Source: an uncultured Sulfolobales archaeon (GTDB taxonomy: Archaea > Thermoproteota > Thermoprotei_A > Sulfolobales > NBVN01). From it: a stretch of DNA of 64,000 nt. The position numbers were made by a program, and so were the translations under genes. The notes under the pieces were generated by a model that made no database searches, was not told the origin of the DNA, and was given only the letters and a program-made list of their open reading frames with translations. Location: positions 4,111 through 68,110 of the forward strand of contig CALIBI010000001.1 of NCBI GenBank assembly GCA_938045815.1, written 5' to 3'. Within the stretch, counting starts at the first letter, position 1. Each line of letters opens with the position of its first letter. Of this stretch, positions 48,576 through 58,572 are shown piece after piece.

Positions 48576-48860
48576 TTACCGCCTTATCATAGTCTTCATG
48601 ACGAAGCCTGCAAGAATTATTATTAACACCCCTAAAACTCCGCAGACTATGTATCCTAACCAATCAGGTAATCCGGGCACAGTATATTCTTTCAGAGGAG
48701 TCCATGTAAACTCAGACTCATTTAACCGTAATTCTTCAGCTACCAAATCTAGAGGTTCGTGATACCCTAACTCCTCAGCCAGGAAGACACCGAAGAGCGG
48801 ACTCAACACTAGGAGTACGAGCAGAGTGAGGAGTGTTTTAAGAGAAAACATTAAGACCAC
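48576..48860 (-). CDS. PDGLE-domain NikN/CbiN-like protein
   Basis: EPLDLVAE, PLKEYTVPGL, two TM helices. Confidence 0.85.
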   Translation of the reverse strand: MVLMFSLKTLLTLLVLLVLSPLFGVFLAEELGYHEPLDLVAEELRLNESEFTWTPLKEYTVPGLPDWLGYIVCGVLGVLIIILAGFVMKTMIRR

Positions 48861-49471
48861 CTCACGACTCCAGGGGATTTCAGCGTAAGGTAGCTCACCA
48901 CACTGCTAGTTATTAAACCCTCTATAAGACCTAGGATCGCGTGCCACGAGGTCATTACGTATACTGGTAAGGAGGAATTCCATGAAGCTCCTAACTCAAT
49001 ACCACACGTAAGTCCAGCTATTGTTAAGCTGAACCACCCGGCAAGAAAACTACCCAACCATACTTTCTTAGTAAACCTATAGACGGTCCTGAACACTACA
49101 TAACTAGTTAAAACTCCCATAATACCCATATTAAGTATGTTGGCTCCTATAGCTGTTAATCCACCGTCATGGAATACTAAACATTGAACCGAGAGTACTA
49201 AGGTCATGGATAAGACGCCTAACCAGGGACCTACCAAGATCCCTACTAGCGCACCTCCTATTAAGTGTAGACTAGTGCCTCCAGGGATGGGCCAAGCAAT
49301 CATTTGCGCGACAAAAATCCCCGCACTTAAGGCAGTAAACAAGGGTATTTTCTCGTTTAGAGAATCTTTTTCTGAAGAAATTTTGCGGATAGCTATTAAC
49401 AAAACTCCTAGCGTTAGAAGTAACGTGGTTCCAGCAACAGCTGGTGAGAGGTATCCGTCCGGTATGTGCAT
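48851..49471 (-). CDS. cbiM: Ni/Co ECF substrate component (CbiM/NikM)
   Basis: N-terminal MHIPDGYLS, GTSLHLIGG, FHDGGLTAIGANILNMG. Confidence 0.94.
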   Translation of the reverse strand: MHIPDGYLSPAVAGTTLLLTLGVLLIAIRKISSEKDSLNEKIPLFTALSAGIFVAQMIAWPIPGGTSLHLIGGALVGILVGPWLGVLSMTLVLSVQCLVFHDGGLTAIGANILNMGIMGVLTSYVVFRTVYRFTKKVWLGSFLAGWFSLTIAGLTCGIELGASWNSSLPVYVMTSWHAILGLIEGLITSSVVSYLTLKSPGVVRWS

Positions 49472-49475
49472 ATTA

Positions 49476-49502
49476 GTGCACCAAAATTGATATTTGGTGC
49501 AC
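49476..49502. promoter_or_regulatory. Perfect 10-bp inverted repeat (GTGCACCAAA-N7-TTTGGTGCAC) between the TATA box and the nikM/cbiM start
   Basis: Read directly from sequence; minus-strand TATA TTTATATA at 49504-49511, ATG at 49471. Confidence 0.6.
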
Positions 49503-49599
49503 CTATATAAATCTTCAGCTAATCCTGAGATATGCTGCTAAGGTTAGTTCAATGATTTAAAGGTTTCTAGCATAAGTTTTATAGGGGGTTGGAAATAGG

Positions 49600-50886
49600 T
49601 TGCTCGTTCATACTGCTGATCTGCATATAGGTGCGTTTAGCGAGGTTCCTCTCTCGGGAGCTCCTCTCGGAGCTCTCAGAGAAATAGTTGAGTATGTGAT
49701 AGAAAATAATGTTAGGTATTTGGTGATCTCAGGTGACTTATTTGAGAGACCTAAGCTTGAGAATTACTCTCTTCTAAGACATGTTGTCAGAGAATTAAAG
49801 AAGTTGAGAGATAGTAATGTTTTCGTGGTTAGTGTTCCAGGAAGTCATGATATTTCTGTTAGAGGTAGTGATTTAGTTCATATTTTGGGAGATGCCGGCT
49901 TAGTGCATCTGACTAAGTATGAAGAAGTTGATGATGGTCTCTCACTAGAGCCTCTAGAACTAGGTGATTACGTTTTTTACGGAGTGCCAGGACTTAAGAG
50001 AGGTTTTGAAGCTAAGTTACTGAGTGAGGGTAAGGTTCGTTTCAGAAACATAAACGATTTAAAGAAGCCTGTTATCGTGCTAGCTCATACCGGCGTAAAG
50101 TTTTATGGTTACGACCCAAGCGATCTTGAGAGCAGATACGGGAGGGTATTCATTTCAAGTGATGAGTGGTTAAGGAGTCTTCCAGATAAAGTAACCTACG
50201 TTGCTTTAGGACATATTCACTACCCCCTCCCACTATCTCATGAGTTCAGGTTAAGAGCTGCGTACGCTGGCGCACCTGTAGGTAGGGACAGGAATGATCT
50301 GCGCGAGACATACGAGCTGAGGAGTAGGGGCTTCAAGAGGAGGTTCTTAGTTGTTGAGCCTGATGAGGAACCGCCTAAAGTAAAGAGTTTATGGAACGAC
50401 TTCGGTGTTGAGGTCTTGTACGAGAGGATTTCCTTTACAGACGTGAAGGAAGTTCTGAACTACGTTAAGAAGTTATCCAGAGATATGCACGGGGATTACA
50501 AAGTCTTGCTAATCGACTTAACTAATGTTGAGGCGGATAAGCTTGGGAAACTCTTATATGAGGCAGACCGCCTAAAAACAGAGTTAAGAAGTAGTAATAC
50601 GTCTCTCATGATTAACACTGAACTCAAGACTAGGGGAGGGTCTGTAGAGATAGAAGTGAAGCCAGGTGAGGGTTACATAGACGCTATAGAGAGATCCGTA
50701 GCAGAAGATCTAGCCAAGAAATTAGGTTTTAGAGTAACTCCGGAGAAAGTATTGGAACTCATTAGTATTCTGGGTAGGAAGAAACCTGAAAGCAGTAGTG
50801 AGGAAGAGTTTTATGAGGAAATGTTTAAGGAATTAATGAAGGTGATGGAGGAGATACTTAGTGAGTCAAGGGAGGCTGCTAGTTAA
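49600..50886 (+). CDS. mre11: DNA double-strand break repair nuclease Mre11
   Basis: ADLHIG, GDLFE, PGSHD, LAH, LGHIH phosphoesterase motifs. Confidence 0.9.
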   Translation: MLVHTADLHIGAFSEVPLSGAPLGALREIVEYVIENNVRYLVISGDLFERPKLENYSLLRHVVRELKKLRDSNVFVVSVPGSHDISVRGSDLVHILGDAGLVHLTKYEEVDDGLSLEPLELGDYVFYGVPGLKRGFEAKLLSEGKVRFRNINDLKKPVIVLAHTGVKFYGYDPSDLESRYGRVFISSDEWLRSLPDKVTYVALGHIHYPLPLSHEFRLRAAYAGAPVGRDRNDLRETYELRSRGFKRRFLVVEPDEEPPKVKSLWNDFGVEVLYERISFTDVKEVLNYVKKLSRDMHGDYKVLLIDLTNVEADKLGKLLYEADRLKTELRSSNTSLMINTELKTRGGSVEIEVKPGEGYIDAIERSVAEDLAKKLGFRVTPEKVLELISILGRKKPESSSEEEFYEEMFKELMKVMEEILSESREAAS

Positions 50887-52174
50887 TATACTTAATGAAG
50901 TAATTAATGATCTTAAGGATGATTACCTGAGCACCAGAAGTGATGAGTTAGTAAGATTGAGAGACCAGGTACTTAAGTCCTACTACGAAGTAGTGAACAT
51001 GAAGACTTCGAGTAAATCACTCGTCGTAGGCTTCGTTGACGCTGGTTTTAGAACATATAAAACGGATATTTCTTTCATAATCCCTATAAAAATTGGTGCT
51101 TTATTAAGAGACATTGACGGAAAACTACTAACAGTTAATGAAGTCTTAGGTAAGTCTTCGGTGGAGAGTATACTCATGTATTCTAGCAGGAAGCCTTCGG
51201 GAGAAAAATACGAATTCAGAGTTAAGGTAAGGTCTGTGAACAGCAACTCACTACTTTTTGAAAACCGTGGTGACGATCTTGTTGCTTCACAAGAAATAAA
51301 TAGATTTGTTAGAGAGTTTGTGAAACCATCACTCAAGAAGAAACCGCGTTTCTTCGTCAGGTTCACTAAGTATATTGAGGGATTAATTGAGCTGGCTTAC
51401 GCGGTTAAACTCCTTCATAAGACTAGTGAGGCAGGACTCAAGCCAGGGTATGTGGTTCTAGACGGTACTCTGGTGAAGTGGTTTGCTATTGAGAGAGCTG
51501 GTAGCGGTCGTGTGGACGGCTTAAACATAGTTTCCGCACTCACAGGTCTTGATGTAGAGACTATCAGGAATCTACTCTGGAGGATTGTAGGTCTCTCAAA
51601 AACAACAAAATTCACCAACATAGCTCGTAGTTACGGAATATTTCGGAGTGCTGGGAACGTGTCCGGCGGACTCTACACAGCCCCTAACTTAAGCGAGAGC
51701 AAGGATGTATGTAGGATTCTGACTGAACAGGCGGCAATACCTAAGAGAAAGAATCTAGTTAAGGAGATTATTGAAATAGTTAATAGGGTTGTTTACGAGA
51801 GGAATAACGTGTATGTTGCTAGGTTCCCCCTAACACCAGACCTCAAGAACGTTTTCGTTCTGGACCTGCACGTGCCGGAACCTATCCTCTCAGTAAGTGA
51901 TGATGCCAGATTTAACGTTGGTGTAGCTACTGACGTTAGGAGGATTCTGGATGAGGTAGTTAACGAGCTTTTCAGAATCAGGTCTAAGCTAATTGGTGAG
52001 CCTCCTTTAGGGTATATGGAGGTAGATAGAGGGGTTAGGTTTAGTGAGGAGGAGAGTAAAACGTTTGAGGAGATCTTAATAGGCTTAGTGCGTGGTTCTC
52101 TAGAGGATGAGCTAGCTGATGTTTTAGTTCAGGTTTTTTCTCCCACAACCCGTATGAGGTATGGGTATAGGTGA
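50861..52174 (+). CDS. nurA: NurA 5'-3' nuclease
   Basis: FVDAG, VLDGTL, GLSKT, C-terminal GYMEVD; context. Confidence 0.82.
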   Translation: MSQGRLLVNILNEVINDLKDDYLSTRSDELVRLRDQVLKSYYEVVNMKTSSKSLVVGFVDAGFRTYKTDISFIIPIKIGALLRDIDGKLLTVNEVLGKSSVESILMYSSRKPSGEKYEFRVKVRSVNSNSLLFENRGDDLVASQEINRFVREFVKPSLKKKPRFFVRFTKYIEGLIELAYAVKLLHKTSEAGLKPGYVVLDGTLVKWFAIERAGSGRVDGLNIVSALTGLDVETIRNLLWRIVGLSKTTKFTNIARSYGIFRSAGNVSGGLYTAPNLSESKDVCRILTEQAAIPKRKNLVKEIIEIVNRVVYERNNVYVARFPLTPDLKNVFVLDLHVPEPILSVSDDARFNVGVATDVRRILDEVVNELFRIRSKLIGEPPLGYMEVDRGVRFSEEESKTFEEILIGLVRGSLEDELADVLVQVFSPTTRMRYGYR

Positions 52175-54282
52175 TTAAGGTGGTTGTAAGTATAGGTCGA
52201 ACCTACGCGTGGCGTGACGGAATAACGCACGTAATAATATCCAGTAGTGACTACAGACCAGGCATTGGTGACATACTTTACGTCAAGACTGAGTCAGGTT
52301 ACGTACTACTTCAGGTAAGCGGGTTTGAAGGAGAGATACCAGTAGCCCCAACCTCCTTCCTAGCTAAAGAAGGGTACCCTCAATACGCTTACGTAATCGA
52401 GAAAACAATACTAGCTAAAACAATACCTATCTTCGAGATAAGATATGTGAGGTCTGGTAACGATGTTAGGAGTGTTATTATGAAGCCTAGTCAGCCTCCC
52501 CCTCTAGACATTCCCGTCTACATTCTTAAGGGAGGTGATGAAGAATCAGAACACGTCATGAGTCTGCTAAGTCGCAAAATACCTAAGAAGGAAGACAACG
52601 CAGTCCCTATTGCATGGCTCAGAGCTGGGATAGCCTCAGTCAAGGAACTCATGCCAGAAAAGTATTTCAGGAATGCTAGCTTAAGGCTAAACCTTGAAGA
52701 CATGATAGCTAAGCACGTCCTCATCTCCGGACAAACAGGTTCCGGAAAAACCACAAGCGTTATGGGCATAATAACTCAGTGGATCAGGTACGGCGGAAAA
52801 CCAAAACCAATTTCCTGGATCATAGCTGACAGACACGGCGAATACTCTGAAACCGAAAAATTCGTGAGCCTTTTAAGTAAGGCGTTAAGAATAAATTCGG
52901 AGTTAAGAGGTTCGTATAAAGGCATCTACATTTACACGCTCAAGACTAATATCGATAGAGTTAATAGAAGACAGACAGAAGGATTTCTAGTAACACGTCT
53001 TGAGGGAGGTTTCGACGCCGCGAGCGTGAATGTTTATGATGTTATTAACGCTGCTGAACTCCTCGGCAGAAACGTTAGCGAACTGCTTGAGATTACCTCA
53101 ATACTTACTACTTTAATCAAGAACATGTCTGAGACGCAACCATCTCAGCACAGCGGGTCTACCCCCACCGGGGGACTTCAACAAACCAAAGAACGTAAAA
53201 TCAGTGAGTCAATTATTAGGGTTTTCGTTGACGAGAATGAAAACCCTACAGGGAATCTCCTAGCTCTCATACCACTCATAACTAGTAACGTAGTTAGGTA
53301 CGAAGGTGTTAGAGAACCTAAGAAGAGAGGCGTTTATGAAGTATTCGTTAATGCAGGGATTTACGTTCACACATTAAGAGATTTCAGAAGGATGATCTTG
53401 TCGATTTTTGGCTGGCGAGAAAGAATAGAAAACTTAATAGTTAATGGTAAGAAAATACCTGCTAGCGTAATCGATGATAGGAACTCCGTATTCAAGGTTA
53501 CGCCAATACTTAAAGACCCGCAGTCATTGATAACACTACTTAAAGCTATAGTTGATTCTGCGGAAAAAACATTTGAAGCGAATCGAGCTTCTTACCCGTG
53601 GTATGTTAGTAAGGATAGCGAACCTTCAACCCTCACCTCTATCCTCACTTCAGGTTCGTTAGATCTTAGTGAGGTGGTGCGTAGGGTAGATGAGGGTGCG
53701 TTAGTGATTCTTGATGTTTCTAAGCTACCTTTATCTCTCGGTGACATGGTTGTTATTAGTGTTTTGAGGAGGCTTTTTGAGGAGAGGATGCTGGCTGGTG
53801 TTGATGTAGCGAGGGAGAAGCCTGTTGTAGCTGTTGTTTCTGAGGAGGCACCACTTTATCTTAGTCCCGAGAAGGTTTCAAGTCCCTACAACATATTTGC
53901 TAGGCTGGCTAGGGAGGGGAGGAAATTCGGTATAGGCTTGATAGCTTTATCTCAGATAGCAACCATGATTGAGAGGCAGATACTAGCAAATTTCAATACC
54001 TTGATAGCTTTAAGAACCAAGCACAGAGGCGACATAGATTATATGAGCAGTATAGGCATCCCGGCTGAGTCTCTGCCAAGCCTTAGTGATAGGGAGGGGT
54101 TCCTCTACACTCCCGACTTAAGTGTTAGTGAGCCTATACCTGTTTATGTTCCAGCCTACTTCGATTACAGCAGTGAGATAGAGAGTGAGTTTAGCAGGTT
54201 AGTTAAGTCGGAGGAAGACTCAGTCAGTGTTGCGAAAGCACTCTTAGGTGGGGTGAGCGAAGACGAGGATTCTGGGGGTTAG
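52171..54282 (+). CDS. herA: HerA helicase/translocase
   Basis: N-terminal HAS barrel, KHVLISGQTGSGKTT, DRHGEY, SEEA, REGRKFG...SQ. Confidence 0.9.
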   Translation: MIKVVVSIGRTYAWRDGITHVIISSSDYRPGIGDILYVKTESGYVLLQVSGFEGEIPVAPTSFLAKEGYPQYAYVIEKTILAKTIPIFEIRYVRSGNDVRSVIMKPSQPPPLDIPVYILKGGDEESEHVMSLLSRKIPKKEDNAVPIAWLRAGIASVKELMPEKYFRNASLRLNLEDMIAKHVLISGQTGSGKTTSVMGIITQWIRYGGKPKPISWIIADRHGEYSETEKFVSLLSKALRINSELRGSYKGIYIYTLKTNIDRVNRRQTEGFLVTRLEGGFDAASVNVYDVINAAELLGRNVSELLEITSILTTLIKNMSETQPSQHSGSTPTGGLQQTKERKISESIIRVFVDENENPTGNLLALIPLITSNVVRYEGVREPKKRGVYEVFVNAGIYVHTLRDFRRMILSIFGWRERIENLIVNGKKIPASVIDDRNSVFKVTPILKDPQSLITLLKAIVDSAEKTFEANRASYPWYVSKDSEPSTLTSILTSGSLDLSEVVRRVDEGALVILDVSKLPLSLGDMVVISVLRRLFEERMLAGVDVAREKPVVAVVSEEAPLYLSPEKVSSPYNIFARLAREGRKFGIGLIALSQIATMIERQILANFNTLIALRTKHRGDIDYMSSIGIPAESLPSLSDREGFLYTPDLSVSEPIPVYVPAYFDYSSEIESEFSRLVKSEEDSVSVAKALLGGVSEDEDSGG

Positions 54283-56575
54283 GTTAAGGAATATCAGGAG
54301 TTATGTTGATAAAACTATTGTTTTCCCGCAATCCGGAACCACAGTTATTTACGGAGATAACGGTACAGGAAAGACTTCTATTCTCCTCGGTATTAACTAC
54401 GCGTTATTCGGCCTACCTAGAGGTCAGAAAAGCAGTGACCCTTTCATAGGTTTTGTTAGTCCATACAAAGAGGACTTGCTGAGAGTTGGTGCGTCCTCAG
54501 CGATTGTTAGGATTCTCCTAAGGCATAGAGATAAGCTAATACTAATTGAGAGAAGACTCAATGGCGATAGGGGTGGTAGGATAGTGATTTTCGGGATTAC
54601 TGGCAACACACTTAAGGTTGAGTCGAGCAGCAGTTATTCTTCAGAAGATCTTACTGAGAAGATACTCGAAATATTTAGCTTGAGGGAAGATCCTAGGAAG
54701 AGTAGAAGCACCTACATATTCAGTAACGTGATGTATGTTCCTCAGTTCAACATACACCAGACATTAGTGCTTGACGATAAACAGAGGAGAGAACTTGTTG
54801 ACAGGGTTTTAGGGCTAGATAAGTATATGACTGCACTAAACAGTATCGAGAAGATAGCTAAAGGCAAGAACTCAGTAATCGGTAGTGAGCTCTACAATAT
54901 TAATAAGATGATTGAAGACCGCAGAAAAACTCTCGAGAAAATAAACGTGAATGAAGTGAGAACCAAATTAAGTGAGTTGAGGGCTAGGTACGACAAGCTA
55001 AACGAGAAATTAATTGAGTTACGCAAACAACGCGAGTCTCTGGAGACGGAGAAAGAAAAACTTGATAGTATTATGTATGAGTTAAGTCTTAAGATAGGTG
55101 AGTTAAGGAATAAGATTAGAGTAATTGATGCAAGAGAAAAAGAACTAAAGAACAAGAAAGAAGGACTTAGCAAGATTCTTTCAGAAATAGGCTTACGTAG
55201 TGTAGAGGGTGTTAATGATCTCGTTAGAGAGCTTCAAACGCGTAGACTGGATCTGGAGGATGAGTATTCTCGCGTGAGTGAGAATCTCAAACAACTAGAT
55301 GAGAAGTTAAGAAGTATTGAGGGCGAGGAGAAGAAGACTCTCTCGCGCGTGTCTAGGCTAGAAGCCAGGATAGAAAGTATAAAGAGTAGGGTTAGGGAGA
55401 TTTGGAGCGAGGTTGTAGAAACGAGGGATGTCGTGGCTCAGGGTATATGTCCCTTATGTAGGCAATCAATAACGCGTGAGTATGGTGAGAAGCTGGTAAG
55501 AGATATATATGCGGAAATGCGTAAGACCGCTATGGAGATAGTACCACTAATCAGGGAGCTTTGGGCTGAGAAGCTTCTTCAGCACAAGCTCTCCAGCGAG
55601 AAAGAAGAAATTACGAAAATAAGGAGTGAGTTAAGTGAGTATCAGAATAAGATTTTAGAAAAGCTTAGGGAAGTAGAAGCTAGTATTCCTAAACTTAATC
55701 AAGTTGCTGAGCTTCATGAAGAAATCTCTAAGTTAGAGCGTGAGGTCTTGGAGAAGGCTAGGGTTGCAGAAGAACTTAATTCTGCTGAGGAGGAGCTTAG
55801 GAGACTTAACGAAAAGGTAAATGAATTAAAGAGCAAGTTAAGCGATATTACGAAGGAGGAGGTTAACCGCAGCAAAGAGTTAGGAGAAGTCTCTAAGCAG
55901 ATAGAGAACTTAGAGAAAGATTTAGAAAGATATAGTGAGTTAAGTGATGAGTTAAGAAAGCTCGAGTTGAGAGTCTCCACCCTCACTAAGGTTAGAGATT
56001 ACCTAATCAACCACATTTATAAAGGTGTTGAAACTATAGAGAGTACTGTTCGTAATTTAGCGCACGACAGGTTCAGTGAGTATTTTCAGGAGTACTTTAT
56101 TAAGCTTCTCGAAGATCAGGAGTTAGTTGAGGCATCAGTAAGTGACTTCAAACCTGTCCTGAAAGTTAGTGGTGAAGTCGCCAGAGGACACGAGATCTCA
56201 CAGCCTAGCGGTGCTCAACTAATTGCTTTAGGTCTTGCTTATAGACTAGCTCTGAACAGGGTGGTGAGAGATTTAAACAAAGAGTTGAGAGATTCAGTTT
56301 TAATCATGGATGAACCAACACTAGGCTTCAGTCCTGAAAGAGTTGAGAAGTTGAGGGAACTAATAGAGTCTATAAGGAGTAATTCGGGTGATGCGCAAGT
56401 AATACTAGTGACTCACGATGAGAGATTACTTGCTGTGGGTGATTGCAAAATAAGACTCTCCATAAATCAATCAAGAAATGAAACAATAGTTGATTATGAG
56501 GAGTGTTTCGTAAATGAAGGAAACATAGATTTCCGGGAATACGTGAACTTCGTCTCTAGCATGCTCTTGAAGTAG
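54263..56575 (+). CDS. rad50: Rad50 ATPase (770 aa if started at ACG 54263; the 54476 call omits Walker A)
   Basis: In-frame RILGVRLRNIRSY and GDNGTGKTS (54353-54379) upstream of 54476; coiled coil with CPLC hook; MDEPT, VTHD. Confidence 0.9.
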   Translation, partial: TRILGVRLRNIRSYVDKTIVFPQSGTTVIYGDNGTGKTSILLGINYALFGLPRGQKSSDPFIGFVSPYKEDLLRVGASSAIVRILLRHRDKLILIERRLNGDRGGRIVIFGITGNTLKVESSSSYSSEDLTEKILEIFSLREDPRKSRSTYIFSNVMYVPQFNIHQTLVLDDKQRRELVDRVLGLDKYMTALNSIEKIAKGKNSVIGSELYNINKMIEDRRKTLEKINVNEVRTKLSELRARYDKLNEKLIELRKQRESLETEKEKLDSIMYELSLKIGELRNKIRVIDAREKELKNKKEGLSKILSEIGLRSVEGVNDLVRELQTRRLDLEDEYSRVSENLKQLDEKLRSIEGEEKKTLSRVSRLEARIESIKSRVREIWSEVVETRDVVAQGICPLCRQSITREYGEKLVRDIYAEMRKTAMEIVPLIRELWAEKLLQHKLSSEKEEITKIRSELSEYQNKILEKLREVEASIPKLNQVAELHEEISKLEREVLEKARVAEELNSAEEELRRLNEKVNELKSKLSDITKEEVNRSKELGEVSKQIENLEKDLERYSELSDELRKLELRVSTLTKVRDYLINHIYKGVETIESTVRNLAHDRFSEYFQEYFIKLLEDQELVEASVSDFKPVLKVSGEVARGHEISQPSGAQLIALGLAYRLALNRVVRDLNKELRDSVLIMDEPTLGFSPERVEKLRELIESIRSNSGDAQVILVTHDERLLAVGDCKIRLSINQSRNETIVDYEECFVNEGNIDFREYVNFVSSMLLK

Positions 56576-56672
56576 TTCAGGAGTTAACAAACATTACCTT
56601 AAAACTTATTAATGGTAAATAAACGTGTTAATTAGGGAAATAACGTGATTGTTCACTGTTTGGTGATATCAC

Positions 56673-57749
56673 GTGTCATTAACAGGTCTTTATGTAGCTA
56701 GGGCTGATAGCTTAGGGATTCTTTTTAGTGAGTTGAGGAGATTAGGTTACGTGATTGTAGGGTATAGGGTGGTTGATGGGGTGTTAAGGCTTGAGGAGCT
56801 AGATTCTTTTGATGAGTTTGCTCATAATGTGGAGGACATTCAGAGCCCTGGTAAGTACTCGTTAGTTAGTGGTGGTTTCTATAGGCACGGGCCAGACTCG
56901 CCTAAAAGGTTTCTCTACCCGCCTACTCTAACTCTCTTCAGAGTTTCTAAGGAGTGGGTTGCGAGTACTCCGACGTATGAGGAACGTAATCTCGCGTTTT
57001 TTGGTTTAAAGCCTTGTGATTTAGCATCTATTAAAGTGCTTGATAGGGTTCTCTTGGGTGTTGACGAATATTACACGAGTCTTAGGAGGAATTTAGTTCT
57101 CGTAGTAGAGAATTGCACTAGTCCTGGTGGAACATGTTTTTGTAGTACCATGAATACGGGACCTAGAGCTAGAGACACTTTTGACTTAGCATATACTAGG
57201 CTAGGTGATAAGCTTGTGCTGGAGGCTGGTAGTGAGCTGGGTTTAAGACTCCTTGACGTTCTCGAGGTAGAACCCATTGATGATGCTACGTACGAGAGAT
57301 TTGAGGTAGTGATGCGTAACGCTAGTGAGAAAGCTAGAGCAGGGTTTGAACTAAACGGATTGCCTGAAGAACTTGAGCTACGTATAGAGTCTAAGGTTTA
57401 TAAAGAGGTTACTGAGAGGTGTCTCGGTTGCGCGAATTGTAACATGGTTTGCCCAACATGTTTTTGTTTCGATGTGCTTGACACCCCCTTAATCGACGGA
57501 TCTGCTGAGAGAGTTAGGGTGTGGGACGGTTGCTTGAACTTTACTTACGGTCAGGTAGCTGGAGGTCATTTCAGACCTGACTTGTGGGCTAGGTACAGGC
57601 ATTTCGTTCTCCACAAGTTTGCTTACTGGATAAAACAGTTCGGCACATACGGGTGTGTAGGGTGTGGTAGGTGTATTACCTGGTGTCCTACAGGCATAGA
57701 CTTGAGAGAGACCGTGAAGAAAGTTCTGAGAGGTGGTAAGGACGGGTAA
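56673..57749 (+). CDS. hyhB: Group 3b soluble hydrogenase beta subunit (Fe-S)
   Basis: KPCDL, CFCS, CLGCANCNMVCPTCFC, CVGCGRCITWCP. Confidence 0.93.
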   Translation: MSLTGLYVARADSLGILFSELRRLGYVIVGYRVVDGVLRLEELDSFDEFAHNVEDIQSPGKYSLVSGGFYRHGPDSPKRFLYPPTLTLFRVSKEWVASTPTYEERNLAFFGLKPCDLASIKVLDRVLLGVDEYYTSLRRNLVLVVENCTSPGGTCFCSTMNTGPRARDTFDLAYTRLGDKLVLEAGSELGLRLLDVLEVEPIDDATYERFEVVMRNASEKARAGFELNGLPEELELRIESKVYKEVTERCLGCANCNMVCPTCFCFDVLDTPLIDGSAERVRVWDGCLNFTYGQVAGGHFRPDLWARYRHFVLHKFAYWIKQFGTYGCVGCGRCITWCPTGIDLRETVKKVLRGGKDG

Positions 57750-58572
57750 GAATATGACTACTCTAACCCCTCTTAAAGCTCTAATAACTCGTGTGAGGAC
57801 CGAGACTTGGAATATTAAGACGTACTACGTGAAGTTACCTGATGAGGCTAAGTTACCTAAGCCAGGACAGTTCAACATGCTCTACATACATGGAGTTGGT
57901 GAAGTACCTATATCTATCAGCGATTTAGATGAGGAGTCTAGGATTGCTGCTCACACAGTTAGGTTTGTTGGTTCCGTCACCAAGACTTTCGAGTTACTTA
58001 AGGAAGGTGATATAATTGGGTTTAGAGGCCCTTACGGCATCGGATGGCCTATGGATGCTATGATCAACAAAAACATAGTCTTAATAGCTGGCGGGATCGG
58101 CCTACCCCCCTTAAGACCCGTAATAAGAGAGGTAGCTAGGAATAGAAGCGCTTACGGCAAGCTAATCATTCTTTACGGAGCTAGAACTCCTGAAGACCTC
58201 CTCTTCACCTACGAGTACAGCGACTACGAATCAATCCCTGACACAGAGTTCTACGTTACCGTGGATAAGCCTAGCGAGGGTTGGAAAAACAACGTAGGCT
58301 TTGTGACGAACCTAATAAAGTACGTGGACGTTAATCCCAGCGAGTCTTACGCGTTCGTGTGCGGTCCTGAGATAATGATGAAATTCGCTACTCAAGAGTT
58401 GCTTAAGAGGGGGTTCAAAACAAACAAGATCTACTTGTCTCTCGAGAGAAGAATGAAGTGTGGTGTTGGTTTATGTGGTCACTGTCAGATGGGTCCATAC
58501 TTTGTTTGTAAGCACGGTCCTGTATTCCCCTTATGGTTCATAAGTAAGTACTTTTGGGTTGATCAGATATGA
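57733..58572 (+). CDS. hyhG: Group 3b soluble hydrogenase gamma subunit (FAD/NAD(P))
   Basis: PGQFNML, GEVPIS, GGIGLPP, ERRMKCGVGLCGHCQ..VCKHGP. Confidence 0.93.
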   Translation: MVRTGKNMTTLTPLKALITRVRTETWNIKTYYVKLPDEAKLPKPGQFNMLYIHGVGEVPISISDLDEESRIAAHTVRFVGSVTKTFELLKEGDIIGFRGPYGIGWPMDAMINKNIVLIAGGIGLPPLRPVIREVARNRSAYGKLIILYGARTPEDLLFTYEYSDYESIPDTEFYVTVDKPSEGWKNNVGFVTNLIKYVDVNPSESYAFVCGPEIMMKFATQELLKRGFKTNKIYLSLERRMKCGVGLCGHCQMGPYFVCKHGPVFPLWFISKYFWVDQI

